Shown here: piece by piece, positions 46,996 through 57,769 of the stretch
Position numbering within the stretch: position 1 is the stretch's first letter
Layout of the letters: every line of letters starts with the position of its first letter
Assembly (NCBI GenBank): GCA_047602405.1
Contig: JASGHJ010000002.1
Coordinates: 2,080,001 to 2,144,000, forward strand
From: Anaeromyxobacteraceae bacterium
GTDB taxonomy: Bacteria; Myxococcota; Myxococcia; Myxococcales; Anaeromyxobacteraceae
DNA length: 64,000 nt
Reading direction: 5' to 3'
Position numbers and translations under genes: made by a program
The notes under the pieces: model-generated
The model's database searches: none
Told to the model about the DNA's origin: nothing
What the model saw: the letters and a program-made list of their open reading frames with translations, nothing else

Positions 46996-49603
46996 ATGGC
47001 CTTCCTGCCCGTCCTCCTCGCGCTCTCGATCGTCACCGGCCAGCCCGCGGCGCAGCCGGTAACACAGCCCGCGGCGCAGCCCGCCACCCCGCCCGCCGAG
47101 CCCGTCCTCGCGACGCCCCCGGCGCTGAAGGCGCTCGTCCCCGCCGAGGTCCCGCCCGGCACCGCGTTCCCGGCCCCCGAGGTCGCCGTCACGCTCGGCA
47201 TCGACGTCGGCGCCGACGGCCGCGTGGAGGACGTGCGCGTCGAGGAGGGCGCCGGGGAGCCGTTCGACTCGGCCGCCGTCGCGGCCGCCCGGAGGTTCGC
47301 CTTCGAGCCCGGCCGGCTCACCACCGGCGAGGCCGTCCCGGTCACCATCACCTTCAAGCTCCGCATCTCCGCCCCGCCGCCCGCCTCGAGCGCCGCTGCC
47401 CCGGCCGCGCCGCCCCCGCAGCCGGTCCGCCTCGGCGGCCGCCTGCTCGAGCGCGGGACGCGGAGGCCCCTCGCGAACGTCGCGGTCGCCGCGCGCGCCG
47501 GCGAGGAGACCCTCGCCCGGGCCACCACCGACGCGGCCGGGCGGTTCGCGCTCGAGGTGCCCGCGACCGCGTTCTCGATCGTGGCGCTCCCCGCCGCGCA
47601 CGAGCGGCTCGACGCGAAGGTCGAGGCGAAGCCCGGCGAGGAGCGGGACGAGACCTTCTACCTGGAGGCGGTCGGCACCGGCTTCGAGACGGTCGTCCGC
47701 GCCGCGCCGGTGCGCCGGGAGATCACCCGGCAGGTCATCCCGGCCGACGAGGTCCAGAAGGTCGCCGGCACGCAGGGCGACACGCTGAAGGCGGTGCTCA
47801 ACCTGCCCGGCGTCGCGCGCACCCCGTTCGGCAGCGGTCAGCTCGTGCTGCGCGGCTCGTCCCCGCAGGACACGCGCGTCTACGTGGGCGGGCAGGAGGT
47901 GCCGATCCTCTACCACTTCGGCGGCCTGCGCAGCACGCTCTCGCCCCGCTTCCTCGAGTCGGTCGAGTTCGTCCCGGGCAACTTCGCCCCCGACTACGGC
48001 CGCGGGATCGGCGGCGTCATCGAGGTGAAGCTGCGCGACCCGGCCGAGGACCTGTTCCGCGGGCAGGCGCAGGTCTCGTTCTACGACGCGGGCGTCGCGC
48101 TCGAGGGCCCGCTCGGCGGCGGCTGGACCGGCGCCTTCGCGTTCAACCGCTCCTACATCGACACGCTCCTCCCGCTCTTCATCCCGAAGGACGCGAACCT
48201 CTCCTTCGACACCGCGCCGCGCTACTACGACTACCAGGCCATCGCCCAGCGGAAGCTCGGCGACGGGCGGCTGCGGTTCCTGTGGTTCGGCTCGATGGAC
48301 AAGATCGAGCTCATCCTGAAGCGCCCCGCCGAGGACCCGAAGATCACCGGGAACCTGAGCGCCGGCATCATGTTCCACGCGCTGCAGGCCTCCTACGACT
48401 CGCGCGTGACGCCCTGGCTCACCCAGGAGTCGAGCGCGCAGGTCACCTGGCAGCGTTTCCGCACGCAGTTCGGGCCGGAGTTCTACTTCGACCTCGACAC
48501 GCTCCAGCTCTCCACCCGCTCCGCGTGGTCGGCCGCCCTCTCCGGCGCGCTCAGCGCCCGGGCCGGCGTGGACCTCCAGAATCTCGAGCGCCCAGATCGC
48601 GCTCAACGTGCCGGGCTCGGCGCCCACCGAGGGCGACACGAACGGCGGCTCCGCGTCGACGGAGGGCAGCCTCTCCGCCGACAAGCGCGCCACGCTCTAC
48701 GAGCCCGCCGCCTTCGCCGAGCTTCGCTGGGCGCCGCTCCCGGGCCTCGAGATCCTGCCCGGCGTCCGGCTCGACTGGAACCGCGCCATCCGGCGCTGGG
48801 CGCTCGACCCGCGCGTCGGCGCCCGCTGGGAGCTCGCCCCGGGCACGGTCGCGAAGGGCGCCTTCGGCCTCTTCCAGCAGCCGCCGCAGCCGCCCGAGTA
48901 CGACGACACCACCGGCAACCCGCGCCTCGTGCAGCAGCGCGCGCTCCACGGCTCGCTCGGCGTCGAGCGGCGGTTCTCCGAGAACCTGCAGGGCGAGCTC
49001 ACCGGCTTCCACAAGCGGCTCGACCGGATGGTCGTCTCGAACCCGGCCGCCGCCTACGACCCCGCGGCCCCGCCCTACACGAACGAGGGCTCCGGCCGCG
49101 TCTACGGCCTCGAGGCCACCCTGCGCGGCCGGTGGGGCGAGCAGCTCTTCGGCTGGGTCGCGTACACGTACCAGCGCTCGTTCCGGCGGGACGGCTACGG
49201 GAAGCCCGAGCGCGCCTTCCAGTACGACCAGCCGCACAACCTGACCGCGGTCGCCACCTGGCAGTGGAACCCGCGCTGGTCGGTCGGCGGGCGCTTCCGG
49301 CTCGTCTCGGGCAGCCCGTACACGCCGGTCGTCTCCTCGGTCTACGACACGACGAGCGGCACCTGGGTGCGCGTCTACGGCCAGACCAACTCCGCCCGCC
49401 TCGCCGCGTTCCACCAGCTCGACGTCCGCCTCGACCGGACCTGGACCTACGAGCGCTGGAAGCTCGTCGCGTTCGTCGACGTGCAGAACCTCTACAACCG
49501 GAAGAACCCCGAGGGCTGGACCTACGCCTTCGACTACCGCCAGAAGCAGGTCGCCTCCGGCCTGCCCATCCTGCCGATCCTCGGCGTCCAGGGAGAGTGG
49601 TGA
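46996..49603 (+). CDS. TonB-dependent receptor with N-terminal TonB-C-like and carboxypeptidase-regulatory-like domains; +1 frameshift near 48581
   Basis: Plug motif LNLPGV...LRGSSP...YHFGG; barrel continues in ORF 48608..49603, ending QLDVRLD...PILGVQGEW. Confidence 0.85.
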
Positions 49604-50460
49604 TGATCCGCCCGCGCCTCCTGCCCTTCCCCGTCGCAGCGCTCCTCGCCGCCGGCCTCGGCGGCTGCGCGCAGGACTTCCTGCCCGAGTCGTACCTCGA
49701 CGGCCTGCGCGTGCTCTCCATCGCCGCGTCTCCGACCGAGCTCGGGCCGGACGAGAGCGTGACGCTCACGCCGACGGTGTACGCGACGGCGGCCGACCCC
49801 GTCGCGTCGGCCACCTGGAAGTTCTGCCCGCTCACGCTCGGCTCGGCGGGCAGCTTCGCCTGCGCCCTGCCCGCGTGCGAGGTCACGGTGACGCCGGACC
49901 CCGACGGCACCGTCACCCAGGACCCCACCGCGCTCGCCCTCGACTGCCTCACGAAGCTCGCCGCCGCTCCGCCGCCCGGCTTCGAGCCGGGCCAGGTGCC
50001 GGACACGATCGAGACCACCTTCCGGCTCACGGTGACCTCGCAGTCCGGCGACGTCCGCGAAGCGCTGAAGCGGGTCACGCTGCACACGAAGGCGGCGCCC
50101 TCCCCCCGCAACCTGCCGCCGGTCATCGCCGCGGTCGAGCTCGGCGGCGCGCCCGCGGCGGGCGGGGCGACGCTCGCGGCGGGCGGGAAGCTCCGCGTGA
50201 CGGTGCGGATCGACCCGGCCTCCATCGGGACCTACCAGGACGGCAACGGCCGCACGGTGCAGGAGGCCGTGGCGGTCTGGTTCTACGCGACCGCGGGGCG
50301 CCTGGACGACCCGCGGGGCTCCGCGCCCGTCGCGGAGACCGACTTCGTCGCGAAGGAGCTCCTCGCCTCCGACACCACGGCCTCGATCTACGTCGTCGCG
50401 CGGGACCTCCGCGGCGGCGAGGCGGTCGCCGGGCCGTTCACCGTCACGCTCGTGCGCTGA
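49603..50460 (+). CDS. lipoprotein partner of the TonB-dependent receptor
   Basis: Lipobox AGLGGC; LRVLSI..SP; WFYATAG; VARDLRGG. Confidence 0.75.
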   Translation: MIRPRLLPFPVAALLAAGLGGCAQDFLPESYLDGLRVLSIAASPTELGPDESVTLTPTVYATAADPVASATWKFCPLTLGSAGSFACALPACEVTVTPDPDGTVTQDPTALALDCLTKLAAAPPPGFEPGQVPDTIETTFRLTVTSQSGDVREALKRVTLHTKAAPSPRNLPPVIAAVELGGAPAAGGATLAAGGKLRVTVRIDPASIGTYQDGNGRTVQEAVAVWFYATAGRLDDPRGSAPVAETDFVAKELLASDTTASIYVVARDLRGGEAVAGPFTVTLVR

Positions 50461-50530
50461 GCAGGGCGGCACGCGGGCCGGCCCGCTTCCCAGGGTCCAT
50501 CGTTCACGCATCCCAACAGGAGGACGCGCC

Positions 50531-50746
50531 ATGAACGAGGATCAGGGCAAGGGCAAGCTCGACCAGCTGAAGGGCGACGTGAAGGAGCGGATTGGCGGCG
50601 CCTCGAAGGACCGCAGCCTCGAGGGCGAGGGCGCGTGGGACCGCGCCAAGGGCAAGGTCCGCGAGGCGGTCGGCGACGTGAAGGAGAAGTTCAAGGACGA
50701 GAAGCGCGAACGCGACGTCAACCGCGACGATCCGGACGCGATCTAG
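50531..50746 (+). CDS. CsbD-family stress protein
   Basis: MNEDQGKGKLDQLKGDVKE...LEGEG...KGKVREAVG; AGGAGG RBS. Confidence 0.88.
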   Translation: MNEDQGKGKLDQLKGDVKERIGGASKDRSLEGEGAWDRAKGKVREAVGDVKEKFKDEKRERDVNRDDPDAI

Positions 50747-50866
50747 CAGGCCCTGCGTCGACGCGGGCGGCCGGGCTGGCGCCTGGCCGCCCGCGTGCCT
50801 CTCCAGGTGGGGACTGCCGCCTGCCGCCTCGCCTGCCGATCCTTTCCGGCGGGGTCGGGTTCCCGC

Positions 50867-52655
50867 ATGACACACGCCTGGATCGCGGCCGCGGTGACGA
50901 CACTCGTCGCGGCCGGGGCGCCTGCGTCTCCTTCACCTTCCGCGAAGCCTGGCGTCGCCGCGCCGGACGGCGAGTGGCGCATGGCGGCCCGGGACCCGGC
51001 CAACACCCGGTACAGCCCGCTCACCGAGCTCGACACCGGTAACGCGAAGGACCTGAAGCTCGCCTGGACCTTCGACACGGGCGTGAACCGCGGTCAGGAG
51101 GCGGCGCCGCTCGTCGTGGGCGCGACGATGTACGTCGTCACGCCCTTCCCGAACCACGTCTACGCGCTCGACCTCTCGCGCCCCGGCACACCGCAGGTGC
51201 GCTGGAGGTACTCACCGCCGGTGCTCCCGTCCACCCCCGGCGTCGCCTGCTGCGACGTCGTGAACCGCGGCATGAGCTACGACGGCGGGCGGCTCTTCCT
51301 CGCGACCCTGGATGGCCAGGCCGTCGCCCTCGACGCCGGCACCGGCCGGGAGCTGTGGCGGACGCAGCTCGCGGACCCGCTGAAGGGCGAGACGGTGACG
51401 ATGTCGCCCGTGGTGGTGAAGGGGAAGGTGCTCGTCGGGAACTCCGGCGGCGAGCTCGGGGTCCGCGGCTGGCTGACGGCGCTCGACGCCGCGACCGGGA
51501 AGGTCGAGTGGAAGGCCTACAGCACCGGGCCGGACGCCGACGTCCTCGTCGGCGCGGGCTTCCGTCCGTTCTACGCCGCCGACCGGGGGAAGGATTCGGG
51601 CGTGCGGAGCTGGCCCCCGGAGGCCTGGAAGATCGGCGGCGGGACGGTGTGGGGCTGGAATCTCCTGGGACCCCGAGCTCGACCTCGTCTACCACGGCAC
51701 CGGCAACCCCGGCCCCTGGAACTCGGAGCAGCGCCCCGGGGACAACAAGTGGACCGCGGGGATCTTCGCGCGCCGGCCCGAGACCGGCGAGGCCGTCTGG
51801 TACTACCAGTGGTCGCCGCACGACGTCTTCGACCACGACGGCGTCAACGAGAGCGTGCTCGTGGACCTCGAGCTCGGGGGCCAGCGCCGCAAGGTGCTCG
51901 TCCACCCGGAGCGCAACGGCTACGTCTACGTGCTCGACCGCACCACCGGCGAGGTGCTCTCCGCGACGCCGTACGTGCACGTGACGGGCTCGTCGGGCGT
52001 CGATCTCTCGACGGGCCGCCTCGTCGAGCGCGCGGACCGCCACCCCATCACCGGCAAGGTCGTGCGCGACATCTGCCCGGCCGCGCCGGGCGGCAAGGAC
52101 TGGCAACCCTCGGCCTGGTCCCCGCGCACGCAGCTCCTCTACATCCCGCACCAGAACCTCTGCATGGACTGGGAGAGCGTGGAGGTGAGCTACATCGCCG
52201 GCACGCCCTACGTCGGCGCGAACGTCGTGTACCGCCCCGGCCCCGGCGGCCACATGGGCGAGTTCACCGCCTGGGACCCGGTGAAGCGCGAGGCGCGGTG
52301 GAAGCTCACCGACCGCTTCCCCATCTGGTCGGGCGCGCTCGCGACCGCCGGTGACCTCGTCTTCTTCGGGACGATGGACGGCTGGTTCAAGGCCGTCGAC
52401 GCGCGCGACGGGGCGGTGCTCTGGCAGTGGAAGCTCGGCTCCGGGATCATCGGCCAGCCGGTCACCTGGCGCGGCCCCGACGGAAGGCAGTACGTCTCGG
52501 TCCTCGCCGGGATCGGCGGCTGGCCGGGGGTCGTCGTGCTCAACAAGCTCGACGTCCGCGACCGGACCGCCGCGAACGGCTGGGGCGAGGCCATGAAGGA
52601 CCTCGCGAAGGTCACGGCCGCGGGCGGCACCCTCTACACCTTCGGGCTCCCGTGA
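50867..52655 (+). CDS. xoxF: PQQ-dependent methanol/ethanol-family dehydrogenase, XoxF-type (lanthanide D-x-D); +1 frameshift near 51660
   Basis: CCDVVNRG, GNSGGELGVRG, GGGTVWGW, GTGNPGPWN, PHDVFDHDGVNE, ICPAAPGGKDWQP. Confidence 0.8.
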
Positions 52656-53446
52656 CCGCGGCCGCGCTCCTCCTCGCGGCGGCGCTCGCCGCCGGTCCGC
52701 CGGCCCCGGGCGCGCGAGGGGCGCCCCTGCGCGTCTGCCTCGATCCGAACAACCTCCCCTTCTCGAACGCGCGCGGCGAGGGGCTCGAGAACCGGCTCGC
52801 GGCGCTGCTCGCGCGGGAGCTCGGCAGGCCGCTCGAGCCGATCTGGCTCGCGCAGCGCCGCGGGTTCTTTCGCCAAGGCCTGAAGGAGGGAGCCTGCGAC
52901 GCCGTGATGGGGGTGCCGGTCGGCCTCGGGCGCGCGCTCCTCACCCGGCCCTACTACACGTCTAGCTACGTGTTCGCCTGGCGGCGCGGCGCCGGCCCCG
53001 AGATCTCCTCGTTCGACGACCCGGGCCTGCGCGAGGTGGTCGTCGGCGTGCAGCTGCCCGGCAACGACGGGGCCGCGACGCCGCCGGGCCACGCGCTCGC
53101 GCGGCGGGGTCTCGTCGCGAACGTGCGCGGCTTCCCGCTCACGGCCGACTACCGGGAGCCGGACCCGCCGGCGCGCATCCTCGACGCGCTCGTCCGCGGG
53201 GAGATCGCGGTCGCCGCCGTGTGGGGGCCGCTCGCGGGCTGGTACGCGCGGAGGGCACCCATCGCCTTCCGGCCGGTCCGGGAGGCCTCCGACGGTGGCC
53301 TCCCCATGCGCTACGCGATCGCGGTGGCCGTCTCGCCGCGCGACCCCTCCCTCCGCGACGCGCTCGACGCCGCGCTCGAGCGCCGGCGCGCGGAGGTCGA
53401 GCGGCTCCTCGCCGACGCCGGCGTCCCGCGGGTGGAGGCACCGTGA
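52652..53446 (+). CDS. MxaJ/XoxJ-like substrate-binding protein
   Basis: LRVCLDPNNLPFSN...GLEN...QRRGFFR...CD...TRPYYTSSYVF...WGPLAG. Confidence 0.88.
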   Translation: MTAAALLLAAALAAGPPAPGARGAPLRVCLDPNNLPFSNARGEGLENRLAALLARELGRPLEPIWLAQRRGFFRQGLKEGACDAVMGVPVGLGRALLTRPYYTSSYVFAWRRGAGPEISSFDDPGLREVVVGVQLPGNDGAATPPGHALARRGLVANVRGFPLTADYREPDPPARILDALVRGEIAVAAVWGPLAGWYARRAPIAFRPVREASDGGLPMRYAIAVAVSPRDPSLRDALDAALERRRAEVERLLADAGVPRVEAP

Positions 53447-53895
53447 GCGGCCGGGCCGCGCTCGTGGTGCTCACGCTCGCCGCGCTCGCCTGCGAGCGCG
53501 AGCGGCGCGACCCCGACCTGCCGGCGTCCGGTGGCCCGGCGCGCCCGCAGGGCGTCGCCTACGAGCTGTCGGAGGGGAAGCGGCTGTACGCCGCCATGAA
53601 CTGCGTAGGGTGCCACCAGCACGGCGGCGGCGGGATGGGCCCCGCGCTCATGGACGACCTGTGGCTGTACGGGTCGGAGCCGGACGAGGTCTACCGGAGC
53701 ATCGTCGAGGGCCGGCCCCGCGGGATGCCCGCCTTCGGCAGCCGCCTCACCGAGCGGCAGCGCCGCCAGCTGGTCGCCTACGTCCGGTCCCTCGCCGGGC
53801 TCTCTCCCAAGGACGCCGCCCCGCAGCGCGGCGATCACCTGAGCACCTCGCCGCCGGAGGCCTCCCGCCCTGCCGCGCCCGGAGGCCCGCGATGA
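53443..53895 (+). CDS. monoheme cytochrome c (XoxG/cL-like electron acceptor), lipoprotein
   Basis: NCVGCH..GGGGMGPALMD..WLYG...GRPRGMPAF. Confidence 0.85.
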   Translation: MSGRAALVVLTLAALACERERRDPDLPASGGPARPQGVAYELSEGKRLYAAMNCVGCHQHGGGGMGPALMDDLWLYGSEPDEVYRSIVEGRPRGMPAFGSRLTERQRRQLVAYVRSLAGLSPKDAAPQRGDHLSTSPPEASRPAAPGGPR

Positions 53896-54854
53896 GCTTC
53901 CCCCAGTCCACCCTCGCGCCGGCCGGCCCGCAGGCCCAGCAGATCGCCGACCTCGGGTGGACCTTCTTCGCGGTCTGCGCCGTGGTCTGGGTGGCGGTCC
54001 TCGCGACGCTCGCCTGGGGCATCTTCCGTCGCCGCGCGGGCGCCGACCCCGGGCCGGTGGTGGACCCGGGGCCCCGCGCCGAGGCCCGCACCACCCGCGT
54101 CGTCGCCGGGCTCGTCGGGGCGACGGCGGTGACGCTCATCGTGCTCGTCGGGCTCTCGACCCGCACCGGCAACGCGCTCGCCGGGCTCGGCCTCGCCGCG
54201 CCGCTCACCGTGGAGGTCACGGGGCACCAGTGGTGGTGGGAGCTCCGCTACGTCGCCCCCGTGCCGAGCCAGACGTTCACGACCGCGAACGAGCTCCACC
54301 TCCCCGCGGGCATCCCCGTGAGGCTCGTGCTCCGGTCTCGCGACGTGATCCACTCCCTGTGGATCCCCGCGCTGCACGGCAAGAAGGACCTCGTGCCCGG
54401 CCGCGACGGCGAGCTCACGCTCGTCGCGGCGCAGCCCGGGATCTACCGCGGGCAGTGCGCCGAGTTCTGCGGCGTCGCCCACGCCGAGATGGCGATCCGG
54501 GTGGTGGTCGAGCCCCGGGAGGACTTCGACCGATGGCGCGCGGCGCAGCGCCTCCCCGCCCTCGAGCCCGCCACCGCGGAGGCCCACCGCGGCAAGGACG
54601 TCTTCCTGCGCGGCGCCTGCGCCACCTGTCACCGGATCGCCGGCACGCCCGCCGGCGCGACCCTCGGGCCCGACCTCACGCACCTCGCCGGGCGGCGGAG
54701 CCTCGGCGCCGGCACCCTGCCCAACACCCGCGGCCACCTCGCCGGCTGGATCGCGAACGCCCAGGCGGTGAAGCCCGGCAACCACATGCCACCGCAGCCG
54801 CTCGAGCCCGCCGACCTGCAGGCGCTGCTCGCCTTCCTGGAGGGGCTGAAGTGA
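53892..54854 (+). CDS. coxB: cytochrome c oxidase subunit II with fused cytochrome c (caa3-type)
   Basis: GHQWWW, DVIHSLW, CAEFCGVAHAEM CuA site, CATCH...KPGNHMP. Confidence 0.93.
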   Translation: MSFPQSTLAPAGPQAQQIADLGWTFFAVCAVVWVAVLATLAWGIFRRRAGADPGPVVDPGPRAEARTTRVVAGLVGATAVTLIVLVGLSTRTGNALAGLGLAAPLTVEVTGHQWWWELRYVAPVPSQTFTTANELHLPAGIPVRLVLRSRDVIHSLWIPALHGKKDLVPGRDGELTLVAAQPGIYRGQCAEFCGVAHAEMAIRVVVEPREDFDRWRAAQRLPALEPATAEAHRGKDVFLRGACATCHRIAGTPAGATLGPDLTHLAGRRSLGAGTLPNTRGHLAGWIANAQAVKPGNHMPPQPLEPADLQALLAFLEGLK

Positions 54855-56770
54855 CCCCCGACCCCGGCACCCCGCGCCTCCCGGCGCCGACCGAGACCGA
54901 CGAGCCGGCGCTCCGCGCGACCTGGGGCAGCGGCCGTGGCGTCGTCGCGTGGCTCACCGAGGTGAACCACAAGGCCATCGGCAAGCGCTTCGTGGTCACC
55001 GCGTTCGTCTTCTTCGTCCTCGGCGGGCTCGAGGCCCTGGCCATGCGCCTCCAGCTCGCGCGGCCTGAGAGCCAGCTCGTCACGCCCGATCGCTACGATC
55101 AGCTCTTCACGATGCACGGCTCCACGATGATGTTCCTGTTCGCGGTGCCGGTCATGGAGGGCCTCGGGGTCTACCTCGTGCCGCTCATGGTGGGCGCGCG
55201 GAACATGGCCTTCCCGCGCCTGTCGGCCTACTCCTACTGGACCTTCCTCACCGGCGGCCTGCTCCTCTACGTGGGCTTCGTGCTCGGCATGGGTCCGGAC
55301 GCCGGCTGGTTCGCGTACGTGCCGCTCTCCGGTCCGGCCTACTCGCCGGGGAAGCGCGTCGACGTCTGGGCGCAGATGGTGACCTTCACCGAGCTCTCCG
55401 CCCTCGCGGGCGCGGTGAACGTCATCGCCACCATCCTCAAGCACCGCGCCCCGGGGATGACGCTCTCGCGGCTGCCGCTCTTCGTCTGGGCACAGCTCGT
55501 GAAGGCCTTCATGGTCCTGTTCGCCATGCCGGCGGTGATGCTCTCGAGCCTGATGCTCGCGATGGATCGGCTCGTCGGCACCCACTTCTTCAACCCGGCC
55601 GAGGGCGGCGACGCCCTGCTCTGGCAGCACCTGTTCTGGTTCTTCGGGCACCCCGAGGTCTACATCATCTTCATCCCGGCGACCGGCATGGTCTCGGCCA
55701 TCCTGCCGGTCTTCGTGCGCCGCGAGGTGTTCGGCTACGCGGCGATGGTCCTCTCGCTCGTCGCGATCGGGTTCATCAGCTTCGGCCTGTGGGTCCACCA
55801 CATGTTCGCGGCGCCCCTGCCCGAGATGGGCCAGGCCTTCTTCACCGCCGCGAGCCTCGTCATCGCCGTCCCGAACGGCATCCAGATCTTCTGCTGGCTC
55901 GCGACGCTCGTCCGCGGGCGCCCGCGCTGGCGGGCGCCGCTGCTGTACGCTTGCGGGTTCGTGGCGGTGTTCACGATCGGCGGGCTCTCCGGCGTGATGC
56001 TCGGCTCGGTGCCGCTCGACGTGCAGGTGCACGACACCTACTTCGTGGTGGCGCACTTCCACTACGTGCTGATCGGCGGCGCGGTCTTCCCGCTGCTCGG
56101 GGCGGTGCACCTGTGGTTCCCGAAGGCGACGGGCCGGATGTACTCCGAGGCGCTCGCGCGGGTGGGCTTCGCGCTCGTGTTCGCCGGGTTCAACCTCACC
56201 TTCTTCCCGATGCACCGGCTCGGGCTCCTGGGCATGCCGCGGCGGGTGTCCACCTACCTCGCCGACATGGGCTGGGGCCCCCTCAACCTCACCGCGACCG
56301 TGGGAGCCTTCGTGCTCGCCCTCGGGGTCCTCGCGGTGGTGGTGAACCTCGTCCGGGCGCTCCGCCGCGGCCCCGTCGCGGGTGACGATCCGTTCGAGGG
56401 CGACTCGCTCGAGTGGGCGACCTCCTCGCCACCGGCCCCGTACAACTTCCAGTTCCTCCCCACGGTCCGGGCCCGGTACGCGCGCTGGACCACCCCTCCG
56501 GACCAGCCGGTCGTGGCGGGGCTCCGCAGCGATTGGCGCGAGGTGCTCGTGACGACGCTCCTCGACGCGGAGCCCGACCACCGCGTCGAGCAGCCCGGGC
56601 CGGCCTGGGCGCCGCTCGTCGCCGCGCTCGCGACCGCCTTCACGTTCATCTACGGCATCTTCTCGCCCTGGGCGGCGGTGTGGGGTGGGGCCGCGGTCCT
56701 GCTCTCGCTCCTCGTCTGGTTCTGGCCCCACGGCGCGGGGAAGTTCGACCTCATGGAGGAGCAGCCGTGA
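54851..56770 (+). CDS. ctaD: cytochrome c oxidase subunit I (A family)
   Basis: FTMHG, WFFGHPEVY, WVHH, HDTYFVVAHFHYV, GMPRR. Confidence 0.95.
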   Translation: MTPDPGTPRLPAPTETDEPALRATWGSGRGVVAWLTEVNHKAIGKRFVVTAFVFFVLGGLEALAMRLQLARPESQLVTPDRYDQLFTMHGSTMMFLFAVPVMEGLGVYLVPLMVGARNMAFPRLSAYSYWTFLTGGLLLYVGFVLGMGPDAGWFAYVPLSGPAYSPGKRVDVWAQMVTFTELSALAGAVNVIATILKHRAPGMTLSRLPLFVWAQLVKAFMVLFAMPAVMLSSLMLAMDRLVGTHFFNPAEGGDALLWQHLFWFFGHPEVYIIFIPATGMVSAILPVFVRREVFGYAAMVLSLVAIGFISFGLWVHHMFAAPLPEMGQAFFTAASLVIAVPNGIQIFCWLATLVRGRPRWRAPLLYACGFVAVFTIGGLSGVMLGSVPLDVQVHDTYFVVAHFHYVLIGGAVFPLLGAVHLWFPKATGRMYSEALARVGFALVFAGFNLTFFPMHRLGLLGMPRRVSTYLADMGWGPLNLTATVGAFVLALGVLAVVVNLVRALRRGPVAGDDPFEGDSLEWATSSPPAPYNFQFLPTVRARYARWTTPPDQPVVAGLRSDWREVLVTTLLDAEPDHRVEQPGPAWAPLVAALATAFTFIYGIFSPWAAVWGGAAVLLSLLVWFWPHGAGKFDLMEEQP

Positions 56771-57401
56771 CCGCGGAGGCCGGGCGCCCGGTGGTCGACG
56801 TCTCGGCGCTGCCGACCTTCGCGTTCGGGACGCGTGATCCGCTCACCATCGGGATCCTCGGGCTGCTCGCGATCGAGACGACGGTGTTCGCGCTCTCCTG
56901 GGCGAGCGCGCTCTACCTCCGGGGCAACTTCACGCCCTTCCCGCCCACGCCGCTCACGCCCGGCGTCGTCGTCGGGGGCGGCGTCGAGCTCGCGATCCTC
57001 CTCGCCACGATCGTCCCCACCCGGCTCATGAACGACGCCGCCCGGGCGGGCCGGCTCCGCCCGATGCGCAGGGCCATCGGGGCCTCGGTCCTCCTGCAGG
57101 CCTGTGCGCTCACGGTCCGGTGCTGGGTGCTGTCGCAGGTGCCGTTCCGCTGGGACACGCACGCGTGGGGCTCGATTCTGGTGGCTCACGGTGGGCCTCC
57201 AGACCACGCACACCATCTTCGGCCTCGTCGAGGAGGCGACGCTTCTTCGCGCTCCTCTCGAAGGGGCCGGTCCTCGAGAAGCACCGCACCGACGTCGAGA
57301 CGACCGGCCTCTACTGGTACGTCGTCGTGGCGTGGTGGGTCCCCACGTACGCGCTCCTCTACCTCGACCCGCTCCTCCTCGCGCGCGGAGCCGCCCCGTG
57401 A
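56767..57401 (+). CDS. cytochrome c oxidase subunit III-like; frameshifts near 57176 and 57243
   Basis: LPTFAFG...IETTVF...WDTHAWGSIWW...H...DVETTGLYWY pieced together from three frames. Confidence 0.75.
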
Positions 57402-57769
57402 GCCACCCCGCCGAGCAGGACCGTCCGGTCCGGCGCGTCGACCGGCTCCTGGCCTTCGCGTTCTTCTCGGGCCCCGTCGCCTGGCTCGTGGACCTGCAGG
57501 CGAGCTACGTGCTCGTGGGCTTCGCCTGCCGCCACCTCGTGACGTGGCCGCTGCACCTCCTGACCCTCGTGCTCGTGGCCGTGCCGGCGGCGGGGGCCGC
57601 GGCCGCGTTGCGCGCCCGGGGCCTCGTGCCGGAGGGCGCCGGAGAGGCCCGGGCCGACCGGATCCGCTTCGTCGCGTGGACCGCCCTCGCGATGTGCGCC
57701 CTCTTCGGCCTCCTGGTCCTCGCCATGGGCCTCGCGAAGCTCGTGCACGCGCCATGCGACGTCTTCTGA
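57398..57769 (+). CDS. small 3-TM membrane protein of the oxidase cluster
   Basis: GPVAW...ASY...AC...PC hydrophobic protein, overlapping both neighbours. Confidence 0.65.
   Translation: MSHPAEQDRPVRRVDRLLAFAFFSGPVAWLVDLQASYVLVGFACRHLVTWPLHLLTLVLVAVPAAGAAAALRARGLVPEGAGEARADRIRFVAWTALAMCALFGLLVLAMGLAKLVHAPCDVF

Noticed and set aside
35334..57401. Calling purU, htpX, the TonB receptor, xoxF and subunit III pseudogenes
   Set aside because: The breaks share one sequence context and the flanking coding sequence is undegraded, so sequencing error is more likely than decay or programmed frameshifting.
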